A stretch of 63,502 bases of DNA, counting the filler, from Rhabdomonas costata (lineage: Eukaryota): the NCBI GenBank assembly GCA_019059605.1. It is 37 parts of 37 records of this genome, joined end to end, with 100 filler letters (N's around TTAATTAATTAA, not from the genome) between each part and the next. Parts side by side here need not be neighbours in the genome. Positions count along the whole stretch, not along the records: positions 60,166 to 61,784 come from JAHMHO010011887.1; positions 61,885 to 63,502 come from JAHMHO010011888.1; 35 more parts are not named here. One strand, given 5' to 3'. The notes under the pieces are model-generated. The model was given only the letters and a program-made list of their open reading frames with translations, made no database searches and was not told the origin of the DNA. The translations under genes were made by a program, and so were the position numbers. How positions within the stretch are numbered: the first letter of the stretch is position 1; each line of letters opens with the position of its first letter. Below, piece by piece: positions 60,360 to 63,502 of the stretch.

Positions 60360-61523
60360 GCAAACAAAGTTCTGGGTATCGCAAAGTGTTCTTCAGCTGG
60401 GGTAGCAAATTTAATGACAAAATCTGACTGTTTATCAGTTGAAAAGCGCGTTTTACTGCAAATTCGGATCCCCCGCGAGTTTTTCAGTAATGGGGTTTTT
60501 ATTAGCGTTTTAAAATGTTGCTTATGTTTTCCAACCTCCAATGATGTAGTTTAATGTTTTTTCGTTTGTTTCTTTCGTCTTCTGATTTTCCACCCGGCAA
60601 AGTCCTTTTTTCTGATACTTTTGATCAATTTTCTTTCGTGTGCCACGGAGGTTTTTGTGTGGCGGAGCATGGCTGTGTCCAGTTTTACTGATAAAGCAAG
60701 TATGCTGTTCATTGAGCCTGAGGATCTCTGCCTAGGCTGCGATGAAGAACTCCGAGGACATTACTGTGCGACACTGTGCTTGTTCTTCACCAAATATGCC
60801 TCTGCACAAAGCCGCCAACACTGCATTGTGACGTCGTGCTCTCGTTTTTTTCACGCCCATTTTGTTTTATAGAAAGCAATTCTATCAATTGATCTGCTCA
60901 TACATGAAAGTAGACACCCGAACAACTGCTCTGTACAGCTAACAAATCAACCAAGTGTTCTTGAGGAAGTATAAATGCAGAGTTGCTCGTCTCTTAACGC
61001 CCAAAAACGCGCGTCGAAGAAGCACCCGTATAAAAATGTCGGCTTCTGTTTTATTATCCGGTTGGGTTAAGTACTTTTGGACGGGAAAGTGGGGAACATT
61101 GGAAACAGGTTCCAGAGAAGGCGGTTGAAGACAACAGCCCGACAGGATTGAACGCAACGAGAGTTTGCAGAAAATCATTTTGGTGCAAACCAGTAAATCT
61201 ACCAATCTTTGCCAGGCCAATTGTCCATTTATCCTGTTCCATCCCAATTTTTCGTCCACTGCCCCTCGGCCTCCTGCCGCTGGACAGTGCCGCTGTTTGT
61301 TTCGTTGCGTTCCAATCAGGCAGACAGCACGGCATTGGATTCCCAGCGATGCCTTTTACCAATCCCTGCTGACGACGGAAGGGGGAAGACAAGCGACAGA
61401 GTTCCGCGGAGGAAGAAAACCCCCCACCTTCAGAATACGTAAGGTAACTTCCCCCGGCTGTTCAATTTCATTCACTCCTCTCCCTCGCAACCCCGCGCGC
61501 ATGTTTTCCCTCCTTTCCTAAAG

Positions 61524-61704
61524 GCACCCAGACCACAACCCGGGGTGCGGGGATGACTGCCGGGAGAAGATGCGGGTGATTCAGGGCGCGTACAACGCCA
61601 TCCTCAGCGGTGGAGGAGCAGGGGACAACACCGCAGGGGCTTCCTCGGGCTTCTACGCGCAGCTACTCATCTTCTTTCTGGCTCGATACTTTGAGATGGT
61701 GTGA
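61524..61704 (+). CDS. J-domain (DnaJ) protein exon
   Basis: After an AAG acceptor: HPDHNPGCGDDCREKMRVIQGAYNAIL...FYAQLLIFFLARYFEM, i.e. the HPD motif plus the helix III AY. Not in the ORF track. Confidence 0.75.
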
Positions 61705-63324
61705 ACCACAGACCCCGCCAAACGCCTTGCATATGCATTCACATACGGGTACGCACTGCACGGCCGTGTAGTCGGCTCATACCANNNNNNNNNNNNNNNN
61801 NNNNNNNNNNNNNNNNNNNNNNNNNNNNTTAATTAATTAANNNNNNNNNNNNNNNNNNNNNNNNNNNNNNNNNNNNNNNNNNNNGTGGGGCATTTCGCGA
61901 GTGTGTGTGGTTGGAGCGCGGACGCGTGGAAGTCGCTAAGTTTTTTGTGATTGTGGGTACGTGCATGGTAATCGGAGTGCCCCTGCCCAAGCCTTGTGGA
62001 GGATGGCGCCCGCATGGCACAGGAGGCAACAGATGGTCGCACCCCCCCGCTGCGGAACGGTGCCCCCCGTCAGACGCCCTGCGACCTGGTGGTGGCTACG
62101 CGCGGCAGTCCGGTACCCCCCTTCCAATACCTTCTTCTTCACTTCTCTCTAGTACCCGATTCGTGTGATGGGTTTGTGTTTGAGCCTTTAATTTCCCCCG
62201 CGTCACCTAGAGCTGTGCACACGCACACACGAAGAAGCTAATACAAAGTGAAAGCTCTTAATGCAATATGAGGAAAATAAGGTAAGTTACATCCCGAAAC
62301 TCAGAATTTATTATGTTACGATTTTCCAATTGAAGTCCTGAAAATGCCGCTATGCTGGTATATGTCCACACGATAAAATTTAAACGTTTTCCTGTTACCG
62401 GGCCTAAAAAGCACGTGTTCTGAGTTTACGGTGTAACGTGCTATAGAAGGGAGTACCGCTGAAATCTTGGCAGCGGGAAATATCTTTGGGCATGGTGAGT
62501 GCATGTGATCTTCCTACTACTACTTACCTGTATGTTGAAGGTGGTTCGCTTCACTGCCAGTCTCTTGTTCCTTTGCAGTCTCGTTCCTCTTGTTATTTTG
62601 CTTTTGCTTTTGCTTACCATTTTCTGCTGAAAGGATCGAGGCAAACCGTCAGCGTGGGCTCAGGCAGCTGTTGGTGGAACAGCAATGGAGGGCATGCTGC
62701 TTCCTCCTCCTCCTCCTGGGGACAACCGCGGCCCCGTGCGGAAGCCTTTGATGGCCCCTCACGGTGGAGTGCTCTTAACAGGGGAGACCCGTCGGGTGCT
62801 CCAGGTACCGAGTGCGTTTTTTCTCTTCTCCCCTTTTTTTATGGCATCCCCGCCTGCTCAGTTGAACAAACCCTGAACATTGTTGCTGTGAATTTGCGCT
62901 GTCAGAAATTGCTCCACTGTGCATAACGCCATCTATGTTTATGCGGAATCCGCAACTCCTGTCGACAAAACAAAGTTTCGCTCCGAATTAGTGACTGAAT
63001 ACCGATTGCCTTATGTCGGTTAACATTGGTAACGTTTGTCATTCCGGTTCGTCGGTCCACAGGTTACACGTCAGGCCCGCCACGTTCCCGCCTCAGAGCC
63101 TTCTCCCCTCAGCTAGACCAGTCCCTTGCGTCCACCAAAACCCGAGGGCAAGCTTGTCCCCAGCGAGCGTTTTTTGTGTTGTGCTCACGCCACGCCTTCA
63201 ATCCGAAATTGCTCATCTAACATCCAGAGCTCTGGAAAATAATACCGAGCATTGTGGCTGTCATTTCTTTAACGAAACGAGACATTTCAGATTATCACAA
63301 TTTGGTAATGGTAACCAGTTTAGC

Positions 63325-63495
63325 GGTTTATCACGGTTAATTCCCTCCTCCACCCTTCCTTCCCACCGATGATTTCTCACCAGCTGTGCGAATATTTAGG
63401 TAGCTTTAACTTCGGGTCACCCCTAAACGGCATGAGGCAGTGAGAAATCATCGGTGGGAAGAAAGGGTGGAGGAGGGAATTAACCGTGATAAACC
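63325..63495. repeat. 56-bp inverted repeat (1 mismatch) with 59-nt spacer at a contig end; MITE-like
   Basis: 63325-63380 matches the reverse complement of 63440-63495. Confidence 0.85.
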
Positions 63496-63502
63496 ACAAA
63501 AC

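Noticed and set aside
1622..61884. Regularly spaced TTAATTAATTAA repeats resembling an array
   Set aside because: Artificial N-flanked contig linkers, not CRISPR or genomic repeats.
1..63502. rRNA, tRNA, spliced-leader RNA genes and euglenid nonconventional introns
   Set aside because: None recognised by eye. All modelled introns are GT-AG or GC-AG. Covariance-model scans and RNA-seq would be needed to exclude them.

Overview
This window is not one locus. It is 37 unrelated ~1.6-kb contigs joined by 100-nt artificial spacers (N44-TTAATTAATTAA-N44). Most contigs start G/T-rich and end A/C-rich, as expected from whole-genome-amplification primer remnants, so adjacency carries no biological meaning. 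The DNA is eukaryotic nuclear with short exons and spliceosomal introns. An articulin-like VPV exon and donor sites with a pyrimidine at +4 point to a euglenid (inference). Recognisable gene fragments: TMEM260, DEAD-box helicase, four-domain voltage-gated Ca channel, RPS25, RPS19, articulin, bacterial-type PI-PLC, NodU/CmcH carbamoyltransferase-like protein, class III nucleotide cyclase, ClpB/Hsp101, CDC20-family WD40, DUF2263 macrodomain, divergent RRM, GT-A glycosyltransferase, VPS37, ankyrin repeats, kinesin, a J-domain and several repetitive surface proteins. Mobile DNA: a decayed Merlin (IS1595-like) transposon next to a kinesin exon, a dispersed repeat shared by two contigs, and tentative tyrosine-recombinase and LINE relics. 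I found no convincing multi-gene novel system. The best leads are the motif-degenerate intronless carbamoyltransferase, the Merlin element, the unassigned extracellular repeat modules and the unusual splice signals. All family calls come from motif recognition by eye; no searches were run.
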